This document shows positions 38,774-49,027 of a stretch of DNA of 64,000 nucleotides, in pieces. Within the stretch, counting starts at the first letter, position 1. Every line of letters begins with the position of its first letter. Below the pieces are notes generated by a model. That model saw only the letters and a program-made list of their open reading frames with translations. It was not told the origin of the DNA and did not search any database. A program made the position numbers and the translations under genes. This DNA comes from a virus, in the IMG/VR virus record IMGVR_UViG_3300025467_000013, positions 1 through 64,000 of that record. One strand, 5' to 3'.

Positions 38774-39868
38774 ATGTTGGATGCATTAAAATCATTATTT
38801 GAGAACAATGTGATTTCTGAAGATATTCAAGAGTCAATTCAAAAGGCTTGGGATGCGAAGATCAATGAAAATCGCGAACAAGTTGCACAACAATTGCGTG
38901 AAGAATTTGCGCAAAAATACGACCACGACAAGAACGTCATGATCGAAGCAGTTGATCGCATGATCACTGACGGCATCACTGGCGAAATTGCCGAATTCAT
39001 CGATGATCGTCATCAATTAGCAGAAATGAAAGTTAAGTATGCTAAGAAAATGTCAACTGATTCAAAGATGATGAAGGAATTTATTACACGCCAACTAGCA
39101 TCTGAAGTTCGTGAATTACACGAAGATCAAGTTGTTATGGCTAATAAATTTGGTAAATTAGAACAATTTGTTGTTGAAGCTCTTGCTCAAGAAATTACTG
39201 AGTTTTATAAAGATAAGCAGGATCTTGCTGAAACTAAGGTCCGTTTAGTACGCGAAGGACGCGAACAACTTAAAAAGGTTAAGGAACAATTTGTACAACG
39301 TGCAGCAAAGATGGTTGATTCAGTAGTAAGTGAAAGTTTACACAATGAATTAACAAGTTTAAAAGAAGACATTGATGCAGCTCGTCGTAACGACTTTGGT
39401 CGTAAGTTATTCGAAGCATTTGCTTCTGAATATACAACAAGTTACTTAAACGAAAAATCAGAAACTGCAAAATTACTCAAAGTTATAGACTTGAAAAATC
39501 TTGAATTAGCAGAAGCACAACAATTTGCTTCAAAAGCTAAGTCGATTTTAGAAAGTAAACAAGCAGAGATTAACATGCTTAAAGAAGCACAAGATCGCAA
39601 AGCAATCATGAGTGAATTACTTGCTCCATTAAACACAGAGCAACGTGAGATTATGAGTGAATTAATGGAGAGTGTGAAAACATCTAAACTCAATGAAAGT
39701 TTTGATAAGTATCTCCCAGCGGTCGTTGCTGGCAAAGCTCCGCAGAAGAAACAGGCACTATTAGAGGCAAAAGAAATTACAGGAAACAAAGTTTCCAACA
39801 GCAATCGTAGCAGCGAGGAAGACAATAATATTGTTGATATCCGTCGCCTTGCTGGACTTAAAATTTAA
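38774..39868 (+). CDS. gp22: Prohead scaffold protein
   Basis: 364-aa coiled coil between protease and MCP, with several L/I-x-E gp21-type cleavage motifs. Confidence 0.85.
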   Translation: MLDALKSLFENNVISEDIQESIQKAWDAKINENREQVAQQLREEFAQKYDHDKNVMIEAVDRMITDGITGEIAEFIDDRHQLAEMKVKYAKKMSTDSKMMKEFITRQLASEVRELHEDQVVMANKFGKLEQFVVEALAQEITEFYKDKQDLAETKVRLVREGREQLKKVKEQFVQRAAKMVDSVVSESLHNELTSLKEDIDAARRNDFGRKLFEAFASEYTTSYLNEKSETAKLLKVIDLKNLELAEAQQFASKAKSILESKQAEINMLKEAQDRKAIMSELLAPLNTEQREIMSELMESVKTSKLNESFDKYLPAVVAGKAPQKKQALLEAKEITGNKVSNSNRSSEEDNNIVDIRRLAGLKI

Positions 39869-39880
39869 GGAGAAATTTAA

Positions 39881-41044
39881 ATGTCAGAACTACTTAACGG
39901 CCGTTGGGCAGAAACTAAAGAAGCTCTTTTAGAAGGCCTACAAGGCACAAAGAGATCAGTAATGGGCGTGACACTTGAAAATACACGTAAGTATCTTTCA
40001 GAATCCGCTACTGCTGGAGGAACTACTGCCGGCAACGTTGCCACATTAAATCGCGTTATTTTACCAGTTATCCGTCGTGTAATGCCGACTGTTATCGCTA
40101 ATGAATTAGTTGGCGTTCAACCAATGACTGGCCCAGTTGGACAAATTCATACATTACGTGTTCGCTATGCAGACAACGGTAATGGTGTTGTAGCAGGTGA
40201 AGAAGCACTTAGCCCATTCAAGATCGCAGCAGGTTATTCTGGTAACGATCAAGATCCAGGTTCAAAAGCAACTTCTACAGCAACACTTGAAGGTGCAGCT
40301 GGCAAGAGAATGTCAATCCAAATCTTAAAGCAAACTGTTGAAGCAAAGACTCGTAAGTTATCAGCTCGCTGGACTTTCGAAGCTGCACAAGATGCTCAAG
40401 CACAACAAGGTATTGACATCGAAGCAGAAGTAATGGCTGCTCTTGCACAAGAAATTACTGCTGAAATCGACCAGGAAATCCTTGGTTCATTATTATCATT
40501 AGCAGGTTCTGCTACTGAACAATTCGACCAATCTGCTGTATCTGGTACAGCTACATTCGTCGGTGACGAACATGCTGCATTAGCAGTTCAAATGAATCGT
40601 GTTTCTAACTTAATTGCACAACGTACACGTCGTGGTGCAGGTAACTGGGCAGTTGTTAGCCCATTTGCGTTAACAATCCTTCAATCAGCAACTACTTCAG
40701 CATTCGCTCGTACAACTGAAGGTACTTTTGAAGCTCCAACTAACACTAAGTTTGTCGGTACTTTAAACAGCGCAATGAAAGTTTATGTTAACACATATGC
40801 TAACGATTCAACAGACATTCTTATCGGATATAAGGGTGCTAGCGAATCAGACGCAGCAGCATTCTATTGCCCATATATTCCATTAATGAGCAGTGGTGTT
40901 GTTCTTGATCCGTCTACCTTCGAACCAGTAGTTAGCTTCATGACACGTTATGGTTATGTTGAGCTTTCTAACACAGCGTCATCTTTAGGTAACGCTGCTG
41001 ACTACTTAGGTCGCGTATCTTTAGCGAACGTTTCTTTCAAGTAA
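39881..41044 (+). CDS. gp23: Major capsid protein
   Basis: RR.MP..IA.ELVGVQPMTGPVGQI, VEAKTRKL.A.WT.E.AQD, YCPYIPL, F.P..SFMTRYG. Confidence 0.97.
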   Translation: MSELLNGRWAETKEALLEGLQGTKRSVMGVTLENTRKYLSESATAGGTTAGNVATLNRVILPVIRRVMPTVIANELVGVQPMTGPVGQIHTLRVRYADNGNGVVAGEEALSPFKIAAGYSGNDQDPGSKATSTATLEGAAGKRMSIQILKQTVEAKTRKLSARWTFEAAQDAQAQQGIDIEAEVMAALAQEITAEIDQEILGSLLSLAGSATEQFDQSAVSGTATFVGDEHAALAVQMNRVSNLIAQRTRRGAGNWAVVSPFALTILQSATTSAFARTTEGTFEAPTNTKFVGTLNSAMKVYVNTYANDSTDILIGYKGASESDAAAFYCPYIPLMSSGVVLDPSTFEPVVSFMTRYGYVELSNTASSLGNAADYLGRVSLANVSFK

Positions 41045-41066
41045 GAAATTACTTTTTGAAGCATTT

Positions 41067-41095
41067 AAGAAAGGCTCTTCGGAGCCTTTCTTTTT
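41067..41095 (+). terminator. Rho-independent terminator after MCP
   Basis: aagaaaggctc-TTCG-gagcctttctt followed by a T run; C(UUCG)G loop typical of T4-like phages. Confidence 0.92.
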
Positions 41096-41100
41096 GATCG

Positions 41101-41108
41101 AATAAATA
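41101..41108 (+). promoter_or_regulatory. Late promoter (AATAAATA) with structured leader
   Basis: Immediately after the terminator and about 86 nt upstream of the ATG at 41195. Confidence 0.55.
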
Positions 41109-41194
41109 CATTATCATAAAGTGAGCTGTCTCTTAATGAACAGTTTATGCGGTACCCACCGCGTATGATTTAAAAAATCTTAAGGAGAAAACAA

Positions 41195-42904
41195 ATGGGA
41201 CGTCCATTAAATAAGAAATATTTCGGTAACCGTAACTTAGGTGCCGACGGAAATGACGGTAAATTAAATACCGCAGGTGACGCAGGATTAGGCGGCGAAG
41301 GTATTGCTAGCGTAACAGTTAGTACCGCAGGTAGCTTTACTTCTGCTCCTACTATTACAGTTCCAAAACCAGTATTAAGTGGTGACGGTGCAGTTACAGC
41401 AACCGTTACACCAACATATAAAGCAGTTAGTGCGACTATCGGCGGAACACAAGCAACTGCATATGCAGCAGGCACCGGAACAATTACATCATACGGTGCA
41501 ACTTGGACACCAACATTAACAACTTATAGTGGTTTCAGTATTGCTAGTATTACATCAGGTGGTGTAATGACATTAACTGGTGGTACAATTACTGCGGTTG
41601 CTGGTACAAGCGTTACATTCAATGCAGGATTAACTGGTTCAACTGGATTAACAGCTGGCGCAACTTACTATGTAGTAGCAAGTGTAACATCTAGTACAAC
41701 TGTAACATTGAGTTCAACTTATGGTGGTAATGCAATTGCAATTACTGGCGGTACACCAACTGGTACATTAACATTAACAATTGGTACAACTTTTGCTTCA
41801 GTAGCAAGTGTTGCTGTTGCTAACGGCGGATCTTACACAACATTACCGAGCGGTGCTCAAGCTACTACAGCAACTTCGGGTTCTGGTTTAACATTAACAA
41901 TTACATCAGGTATTGCTTCTATCGCAGTTAATAATAAAGGTACTGGTTACTTTGCAGCATCGACTGGTTCAACAACTATTACTGCTACCACTGCAACTAG
42001 CACAGCAACAAGTATTACTTCTACTATTGCTAACAATGTTTTGACAGTTACAGCAGTTACTGGTACAATTACTAATGGTATGGTATTAACAGGCGGTACA
42101 GTTACAGCTGGCGCTTACATTGTTAACCAAGTTACTCCATTAACATCAGGCGAAGCAACTGGCGGTATTGGTCGTTATTACATTGAAAAGTTCGGTGGTG
42201 GTGCAATTACAGGAACTCCAACAACTAGTACATTAAACCCTATTACTGTTTCTTCAACAGTTGATATCGTTCCAGGTATGACATTTACTGTTGCATCGAA
42301 CGTCGGCGGATTAACAACTAGCGGTAACCCTTATTATGTAATGACAGTATCAGGACCAAACACTATCCAAGTGTCGTCAACTTACGGCGGTACTTCTGCT
42401 GTTTCAACTAGCACAACAACAAGTCAAAGTGTTGCAGCAACTTTTGGCCAAAACTTAGTGTTAGCGTTCTCAGCAGGCGGTTCGGCAGCTACTTTAGTTC
42501 CGGCAACAACTGCAAGCGCAAGCGGCAAAGTTGGTCTTACAAGTGTTAACTTATTCAAAGCTATTCAAGTTACTGCATTTATTCCTGCTGCAAACGGCGG
42601 AAAGGCAGCACGACAAGATAGTGATATTGTTGCACAAAAAGGTAGTCACCGTTACAAAGTTGAAAATCAAGACGGCACCGGTGTTATCAAGTTAGTTGCA
42701 GGTGCAATTACTGCTGGTACTGGCATTATCACAGCAACTGATTATAATGGAAGTACCTATTATGTAACAAAACTTACAGCTCATAAAGCATTGTTAACAC
42801 AAAAAACAGTTAGCGGTAGCTTCCAATTTGCATCTGGTAAGCAAGTTCCATGGACATTTGGTTCAGCAGTTACTGGCTATTCAGTTCAAATTGACAGCAA
42901 GTAA
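41195..42904 (+). CDS. Virion structural protein, possible head decoration/fibre
   Basis: 569 aa, Thr/Gly/Ser-rich, MGRPLNKKYFG N-terminus and QKG.HRYKV C-terminal domain. Own promoter, strong RBS and terminator, directly after MCP. Confidence 0.6.
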   Translation: MGRPLNKKYFGNRNLGADGNDGKLNTAGDAGLGGEGIASVTVSTAGSFTSAPTITVPKPVLSGDGAVTATVTPTYKAVSATIGGTQATAYAAGTGTITSYGATWTPTLTTYSGFSIASITSGGVMTLTGGTITAVAGTSVTFNAGLTGSTGLTAGATYYVVASVTSSTTVTLSSTYGGNAIAITGGTPTGTLTLTIGTTFASVASVAVANGGSYTTLPSGAQATTATSGSGLTLTITSGIASIAVNNKGTGYFAASTGSTTITATTATSTATSITSTIANNVLTVTAVTGTITNGMVLTGGTVTAGAYIVNQVTPLTSGEATGGIGRYYIEKFGGGAITGTPTTSTLNPITVSSTVDIVPGMTFTVASNVGGLTTSGNPYYVMTVSGPNTIQVSSTYGGTSAVSTSTTTSQSVAATFGQNLVLAFSAGGSAATLVPATTASASGKVGLTSVNLFKAIQVTAFIPAANGGKAARQDSDIVAQKGSHRYKVENQDGTGVIKLVAGAITAGTGIITATDYNGSTYYVTKLTAHKALLTQKTVSGSFQFASGKQVPWTFGSAVTGYSVQIDSK

Positions 42905-42915
42905 TTTGCTATTAT

Positions 42916-42940
42916 GGAGGGCAGAAATGCCCTCCTTTTT
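42916..42940 (+). terminator. Rho-independent terminator
   Basis: ggagggca-GAAA-tgccctcc-ttttt. Confidence 0.9.
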
Positions 42941-42951
42941 AAGGATTAAAC

Positions 42952-43983
42952 ATGTCTAGAATAGTAAAAGTTAGTGAAGATAACTATAGATTAAAAGTTC
43001 AAGTAGGCGGTACAATAACATTGGATACTGGTGATTCTTATGGAAATCCTACCGGAACTATTGTTGTTATCGGAAATCTTGATGTAAAAGGCACAACAAC
43101 AACTGTGGAATCTTCAAATACTACTGTTAAAGACAATATCCTACAATTGAATTACGGGCAAACTGGAAATGGTATTTCCAGTACGCTAAACTACGAGGCT
43201 GGATTACAATTTGGCCGAGGTAATTATTCTGATGCGATGTTTGTTTTTGATGATAGTGTATCACATTATGATCCGTATGCTCCGAACAATGCGTTAACCG
43301 GCACGTTTGTCATGAAAACAGCGAACGGCAACTTGAGCGGACTACAATTAACAACTATCACTTCGGATGGTACACATAACTTACAAATCGATTTACATAA
43401 TTCTACATCGAATGTAGTTGAACTAGTGAATGTAGATCCGACTGTTTATTCAAATTTAATTTTCGGTACTGATCCGATGCCTAGCTCATATCCTGATGAA
43501 ACTAGCACAGATAATGTATTAGTTAATAAACGATATGTACAAGCATATATTAGTTCGGGTTTAGTTACTCCAGGAATGGCCGACGTTGATAAAATCCATT
43601 TAGGAACAAACAAAGCACAGGTTTTAGCCTCGAGTATTAATTTCTATATCAATAATGCTCAACGTGCAATCATTACTTCTGCCGGTGTAACTGTTGATAA
43701 CATTAACGCATATCAAAATACAATTACTAATATCTCAACAAACAATCTAGTACTGTCATCGTTTAATAATATAGTTGAAATGAGTGCAGTAATGGAATTA
43801 GATGACCAAGTTTCGGCACAATCAGCACCGCTAGGAAATGCAACAAAATTGTACTCGATGCAGAATCTAACACCAAAGTTGAGTCAATATCCAGGAAAAA
43901 CTGGTATTTTCTTTGCAAATAGTGTTAATTCGGATGAATTAGTTTCTAAAAACAGAGCAGTATTATTCAGTATATTATTTTAA
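42952..43983 (+). CDS. Virion structural/fibre protein
   Basis: 343 aa; GNL.V.GTTTTV.S....V.DNI..LN fibre motif. Confidence 0.6.
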   Translation: MSRIVKVSEDNYRLKVQVGGTITLDTGDSYGNPTGTIVVIGNLDVKGTTTTVESSNTTVKDNILQLNYGQTGNGISSTLNYEAGLQFGRGNYSDAMFVFDDSVSHYDPYAPNNALTGTFVMKTANGNLSGLQLTTITSDGTHNLQIDLHNSTSNVVELVNVDPTVYSNLIFGTDPMPSSYPDETSTDNVLVNKRYVQAYISSGLVTPGMADVDKIHLGTNKAQVLASSINFYINNAQRAIITSAGVTVDNINAYQNTITNISTNNLVLSSFNNIVEMSAVMELDDQVSAQSAPLGNATKLYSMQNLTPKLSQYPGKTGIFFANSVNSDELVSKNRAVLFSILF

Positions 43984-43992
43984 GGACATAAC

Positions 43993-44334
43993 ATGGCAAT
44001 TACAAATGCAACTATAGGATCATCGACTGCTGCAATTTACACAAGCAGCGGTAATAATGCAATTACAACTGTTATTGTTTGTAATACCACTGCATTTGAT
44101 CCAAATAATCCTACAACAGGGCAAACAAATTTATATATGTATGCCGTGCCAAGTGGCGGAAATCCTAGTTCACCGGCAACAAATACTATTATTGTTAACG
44201 GATTACCAATTCCAGCAGGTGAAACAGTTTCATTCGATCAAGAAAAGATGGTATTAGCAAATGGTGACATGTTGGTTGCTAAAAGCGATAGTCCTACAAA
44301 TTTAGTAGTAACCATTAGTACATTGGCAGTATAA
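43993..44334 (+). CDS. Small beta-sandwich virion protein
   Basis: 113 aa; IYT...VCN...IPAGET....EKMVL.NGD pattern. Confidence 0.65.
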   Translation: MAITNATIGSSTAAIYTSSGNNAITTVIVCNTTAFDPNNPTTGQTNLYMYAVPSGGNPSSPATNTIIVNGLPIPAGETVSFDQEKMVLANGDMLVAKSDSPTNLVVTISTLAV

Positions 44335-44335
44335 T

Positions 44336-45367
44336 ATGAGATACTTAAGAAAACAAGTTATTAATCGAAGAGTTCCGAACGATGCTCGTCTTGATGTAGA
44401 TATTAATAACAATATCCTTATGACAAGCCCGGCAGCGGTACAAGTTCCGGCCGGTTCTACTGCTCAACGTCCTATTGTTGCTAACAGATACGGAACTAGC
44501 ACACCTGGTGATTTGTCAGGAATGATTCGATACAACACTTCTACAAATCAGTTAGAAGGTTACCAAGCAGGTACTTGGAGAGCATTTAGGTTTAAAGAAT
44601 CTACACAGATTACACAACAAAATTTAGGTGCGGGTGATAGTAGTACTGTTTATTTTGGACCGTTAAATCCTATTCCACCGTCAGTTGTTCAGAGCGGTGC
44701 AACGTGGGGAGGACAAAATTTATTAGTATTAGTAGAAAATGTACTTCAAATTTCTAATACAAATTATACAATTGTTCAAAATCCGACTATTACTGGTGAA
44801 ATATATTCAGGACTAACTAGTTCAGTGACATTAGTTGGCGCATCAATAATTAATTTTTCAACGAGTTTAGTAGTTTCCAATGCAGCAGGCAACGGATCAA
44901 CGGTAACATTAACATTTGCTACTCAATCATCAAATCCATTTGCAATTGGACAATCTATTACAGTTACTGGATTAAGCAATATAGGATATAACGGAGTGTA
45001 TACTGTTACCGGAGTTACTACTAGCACAGTATCTTATGCAAATAGCACAACCGGTAGCATTATCGGAGACGGTATGGTTATAAGTAACAGCGCAATTTAT
45101 CCGGCAATTTCTCTTGTTGGTGCAATAGTTACCGGCCATTCTAGTATTCCGTCAAATACTGCAATTTTATCTTATGTTACAGATCCGATAACAGATGCAT
45201 TAGTAAGTATTACTGTTAATAAAACAATTACAACTGCATTAATTCCAGTATCTACTTCATTAACGATAACAGAATCGACCACAACAGGTAGCGGATACTA
45301 CATTCAGTTTAGCAGCCCTCCTCCATATGGTAAACCTGTAACAGTATTATCGGGGTTTGATCAGTAA
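44336..45367 (+). CDS. Virion structural/fibre protein
   Basis: 343 aa; P.GSTAQRP, GMIRYNT....LEGY...W module, V.VENV.Q, F.SPPP.GKPVTVL.GFD. Confidence 0.6.
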   Translation: MRYLRKQVINRRVPNDARLDVDINNNILMTSPAAVQVPAGSTAQRPIVANRYGTSTPGDLSGMIRYNTSTNQLEGYQAGTWRAFRFKESTQITQQNLGAGDSSTVYFGPLNPIPPSVVQSGATWGGQNLLVLVENVLQISNTNYTIVQNPTITGEIYSGLTSSVTLVGASIINFSTSLVVSNAAGNGSTVTLTFATQSSNPFAIGQSITVTGLSNIGYNGVYTVTGVTTSTVSYANSTTGSIIGDGMVISNSAIYPAISLVGAIVTGHSSIPSNTAILSYVTDPITDALVSITVNKTITTALIPVSTSLTITESTTTGSGYYIQFSSPPPYGKPVTVLSGFDQ

Positions 45368-47136
45368 TGTCAATCGGGTCAATTTCTGGTAATCTGTTAT
45401 CACAAAACTTACTTAGAAATGGCGAAAATCTAGCATTTGAAACAAAGTTACTATATCTTGATGTAGTAAATGGTCGTGTAGGGTTTAATAATTCTGCTCC
45501 AGTTAGGGAATTAACAACTAACTGGCTTACAACTGATTATCTAATTACCGATAATTTTACGGTTGGGAATATCTCGTTCTCACCGGATACGATTCAAGAT
45601 TTTGTAAGTCCGGTATATATTACACCTGATCAAACATCTAATCCTCAAATTATTGCTACTGGATTCGGAGTTTCTGGCTTTTCGATTAATAATACTTCTA
45701 TTCTCGGTAATCTTAATCACGATATAATATTTCAAGCAGATGCGTTAGGTAACGTACAACTTAATACAACACAATTATTGGTAAATGCCAACTTACATGC
45801 AACCGGAATTATAACTGCTGATGGTAGTATACAGCTTGGTAATAATAGCAGTGATACAATTGCGTTCGTAGCAGATGTTAATAGTGATATAACTCCTAAC
45901 CAGAACAAATATTACAACTTAGGTACTAGCTTACTTAGATGGAAGAATATATACGGACAAAATATTGATGTTAATGGTGTTACGCAAATTACCGGTAATA
46001 CCATCTCGACTAGCCCAAATTTAGTTCTTACTTCAAACGGTGGAGTTGTTAGAGCAGCATCTAATGTCGTTATTAATAGTACTTTAACAGCACCAACATT
46101 AGTATTAAACAGTACGCAAGTTAATGGATTACTAACAGTTAATAACAATATTTCAAGAACCGGCACAACGCAGTTAACGGGTAATATTATTCAAACTGGT
46201 AATACATCTGTTACTGGTTCAATGAATATTTCTAACTTAGTAACAAACCAAAGTAGTCTTATTCAAACCGGCGACTATCAAATATCTAACAATACTCTCA
46301 GCACGATTAACACTAATGAAAATGTTGTTTTAAATTCAACCGGTAATGTTTCGATTTTTAATACAATACAATTTAATAATAACCAAATTATCAATACCTT
46401 AACTGGATCACATACTGATAACGAAAAGAGTATTATTTTTAATCCGTCTGGTACTGGAAATGTTGTTATCAATACTACAAAACCATTACAAATACCTTAC
46501 AATAATGATTCAACATACTTGTTGTCGCACACCGGCCAGATAAGACAAAACAGTACAACAAATTTTTATGAAGGGTGGGCACCGTCTGGTACTGTTAGTT
46601 TTTATCAGTTATATTCAAGTGACCGAAAATCATACATTATTCCCGAACTCACACCGTATTCGGGCGACAATATTCTTCGATTTGCTGTTAATAATGTTGT
46701 TACAACTACAATAGATACTTCGAAAATTTATAATACTGCGGCCACTTTTGGTAATGTTAGTATTAATCAAAATAGTATTTCTAATGTAACTCCATCGATT
46801 GATATAACTATTAATCCTGTAAGTAGTAGTAATTCAATTTATGTTAATGGATTGCCGTTTAACCAAAATACAATACTTAATCCAACTAATGGTGTGCTAA
46901 CATTAGCTACAACTGGCACAGGTTACGTTAAATTTGGGGGCACATTTGGTGTTGTACTTCCTAACGGTACCACAAGTCAACAACCGTCAAGTCCGGATGT
47001 AGGAACCATGCGATTTAACACAAATTCTCAAGTTGAGGAAGTGTGGAATGGCACAGCATGGGTAGGAAGTTCGGCTCATATCACACTTGACCAAGTTACT
47101 GATATCATGGATATTTGGTCCATCATCCTTGGATAA
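45367..47136 (+). CDS. Tail fibre-like protein (paralog A)
   Basis: 589 aa; ISG.LL..NLLRNG.NLAFET.LLYLDVVNGRVG, GTG.V repeats, G.MRFNT....EVWNG..W. Confidence 0.7.
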   Translation: MSIGSISGNLLSQNLLRNGENLAFETKLLYLDVVNGRVGFNNSAPVRELTTNWLTTDYLITDNFTVGNISFSPDTIQDFVSPVYITPDQTSNPQIIATGFGVSGFSINNTSILGNLNHDIIFQADALGNVQLNTTQLLVNANLHATGIITADGSIQLGNNSSDTIAFVADVNSDITPNQNKYYNLGTSLLRWKNIYGQNIDVNGVTQITGNTISTSPNLVLTSNGGVVRAASNVVINSTLTAPTLVLNSTQVNGLLTVNNNISRTGTTQLTGNIIQTGNTSVTGSMNISNLVTNQSSLIQTGDYQISNNTLSTINTNENVVLNSTGNVSIFNTIQFNNNQIINTLTGSHTDNEKSIIFNPSGTGNVVINTTKPLQIPYNNDSTYLLSHTGQIRQNSTTNFYEGWAPSGTVSFYQLYSSDRKSYIIPELTPYSGDNILRFAVNNVVTTTIDTSKIYNTAATFGNVSINQNSISNVTPSIDITINPVSSSNSIYVNGLPFNQNTILNPTNGVLTLATTGTGYVKFGGTFGVVLPNGTTSQQPSSPDVGTMRFNTNSQVEEVWNGTAWVGSSAHITLDQVTDIMDIWSIILG

Positions 47137-47147
47137 TTTCAATATTA

Positions 47148-47155
47148 GATAAATA
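47148..47155 (+). promoter_or_regulatory. T4-type late promoter (GATAAATA) with ~100-nt structured leader
   Basis: Precedes a GC-richer paired leader and the AAGGAG RBS of the 47258 gene. Confidence 0.65.
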
Positions 47156-47257
47156 ATTTTAACTGCAAGATAAGACCATTTTTGCAGGGACAAACAGTGG
47201 TAAACCCGCTATGCAAGGTGGTTATCCGTGAAACACGGTGGCGAATAAGGAGCAAAA

Positions 47258-49024
47258 ATGGCTGTCGGTCGTATATCCGGTCCGCTCTTAAAGTCGAATT
47301 TACTTCGCAACGGTGTAAATTTAGCTTTCGAGACGAACCTTCTCTATCTTGATGTAGTAAATGGCCGAGTTGGTATTAAAACAACTACTCCATCGCACGA
47401 ATTACAAGTTGTTGGTACTACCCGAACAACTACTCTTGAAATTTCTAGTAACACGATTACTATCGGCAATATTACTATTGCTGGCAATTCTCTATCTAGT
47501 AATAACTCTATAATTAACATAAATCCTACTGGCACTAACGCAGTAGTTTATCAAGGTACACTTGTTACCGGAAATTTAACACTTTCTAATAACACTATCC
47601 AAGCAACTAATTTTGGCGGTAATATTAACATTACTACCCAAGGAACTGGGCAAGTTGTTTCTAATTCTGATGTTTTAATTAACGGTAACTTACATGCAAC
47701 GGGCAACATTACCGCTGATGGAAATATACAACTTGGTAATCAGTCTAGTGATACTGTAACATTCACAGCAGAAGTTAACAGCGATATCGCCCCTAGCCAA
47801 AATAATTATTACAATTTAGGTACTAGTTCTCTTAGATGGAATACTGTATTCACTAACAGTATTGATACTAATGGCGTAGTAATTAACAATAACAATATTA
47901 CAACGTCGAACAATACTGATTTAATATTATCAGCAAATGGTACCGGTGTTGTTTCTATACCTTCTAATAATGTTAATTTAGGACAACAGTTAACAGTTGT
48001 TGGATTAGCTACATTTGGTGCAACAACAATTAACGGAACTGTTACACAAAATAGTAACACTATTCAAACTGGTAATATTACACAGACTGGTAATATTACA
48101 CAGACTGGTACATATAATCTTACTGGAACACTTACAGTATCAAATACTATTAATATATCTGGATATTTGCAATTACCGGGTATAACTTTTAATAACAATA
48201 TTATCACATCTACGGTTTCAGGGACTGACTTAGTATTAAGCGCAAACGGTTCTGGCAATGTAGTAATGCAAGGATTTACAATCCATAACAACGTTATTCA
48301 ACCAACGGCTACAAACACTAACATTGTTTTAACACCGTCTGGAACTGGAAGCGTGGTTATTAATAATGGATTAATCATCCCTGTCGGCAATACTGCTAGT
48401 CGACCAAGCCCTGCATCCAATGGAATGATTCGATATAACACCGATCTTTCAAGATATGAAGGATATAGTAATCCAAATTGGTTACCATTAGGCGGCATTT
48501 CCGATGCTGCTGGCTATACATACATTACACCAGAATCGAGTCCGGGCGCTGGCGATAACGTGCTTCGTTTTTATGTCAATAGCACTTTAATGTCGTACAT
48601 AGATGCTACTAAGTGGTGGTCATCAAGATTTGAAACTAATCAACTTGCAATATACGGTAACACAATCACAACTGTTTCTTCTGGTACTGATATTAATTTT
48701 ACTACCAGTGGATCAGGTGGCATTACACTAGGCTATCTTAAAATCAACAACAGTAGTATTACAAATACTGTAGCAAACTCTGTGACTACATTTAATGAAT
48801 CAGGAACTGGATATGTTAAATTTAATGGAACAAATGGTGTTGTAATTCCATCAGGCAACGGAAGCAGCGATCGCCCATCGGTTAAGGAAGTTGGTATGAT
48901 GAGATTTAATACCGACGATTCGCTTATCGAGGTATGGAACGGTTCGGTATGGTCTAGTGGTACAGGTGTGTCAGCATATGATGCTATAGATATCGGTATA
49001 CAAATGGTATTAACATTAGGATAA
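47258..49024 (+). CDS. Tail fibre-like protein (paralog B)
   Basis: 588 aa, colinear with the 45367 ORF; MAVGRISGPLLK N-terminus. Confidence 0.7.
   Translation: MAVGRISGPLLKSNLLRNGVNLAFETNLLYLDVVNGRVGIKTTTPSHELQVVGTTRTTTLEISSNTITIGNITIAGNSLSSNNSIININPTGTNAVVYQGTLVTGNLTLSNNTIQATNFGGNINITTQGTGQVVSNSDVLINGNLHATGNITADGNIQLGNQSSDTVTFTAEVNSDIAPSQNNYYNLGTSSLRWNTVFTNSIDTNGVVINNNNITTSNNTDLILSANGTGVVSIPSNNVNLGQQLTVVGLATFGATTINGTVTQNSNTIQTGNITQTGNITQTGTYNLTGTLTVSNTINISGYLQLPGITFNNNIITSTVSGTDLVLSANGSGNVVMQGFTIHNNVIQPTATNTNIVLTPSGTGSVVINNGLIIPVGNTASRPSPASNGMIRYNTDLSRYEGYSNPNWLPLGGISDAAGYTYITPESSPGAGDNVLRFYVNSTLMSYIDATKWWSSRFETNQLAIYGNTITTVSSGTDINFTTSGSGGITLGYLKINNSSITNTVANSVTTFNESGTGYVKFNGTNGVVIPSGNGSSDRPSVKEVGMMRFNTDDSLIEVWNGSVWSSGTGVSAYDAIDIGIQMVLTLG
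48068..48110 (+). repeat. 18-bp tandem repeat (actggtaatattacacag) x2.4, encoding TGNITQ
   Basis: Directly visible perfect copies at 48068 and 48086, partial at 48104. Confidence 0.9.
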
Positions 49025-49027
49025 TAA

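Noticed and set aside
26937-41044. Inteins or introns in gp46, gp47, portal or MCP
   Set aside because: Lengths and motif spacing are continuous, with no C...HN-C/S/T splice motifs seen.
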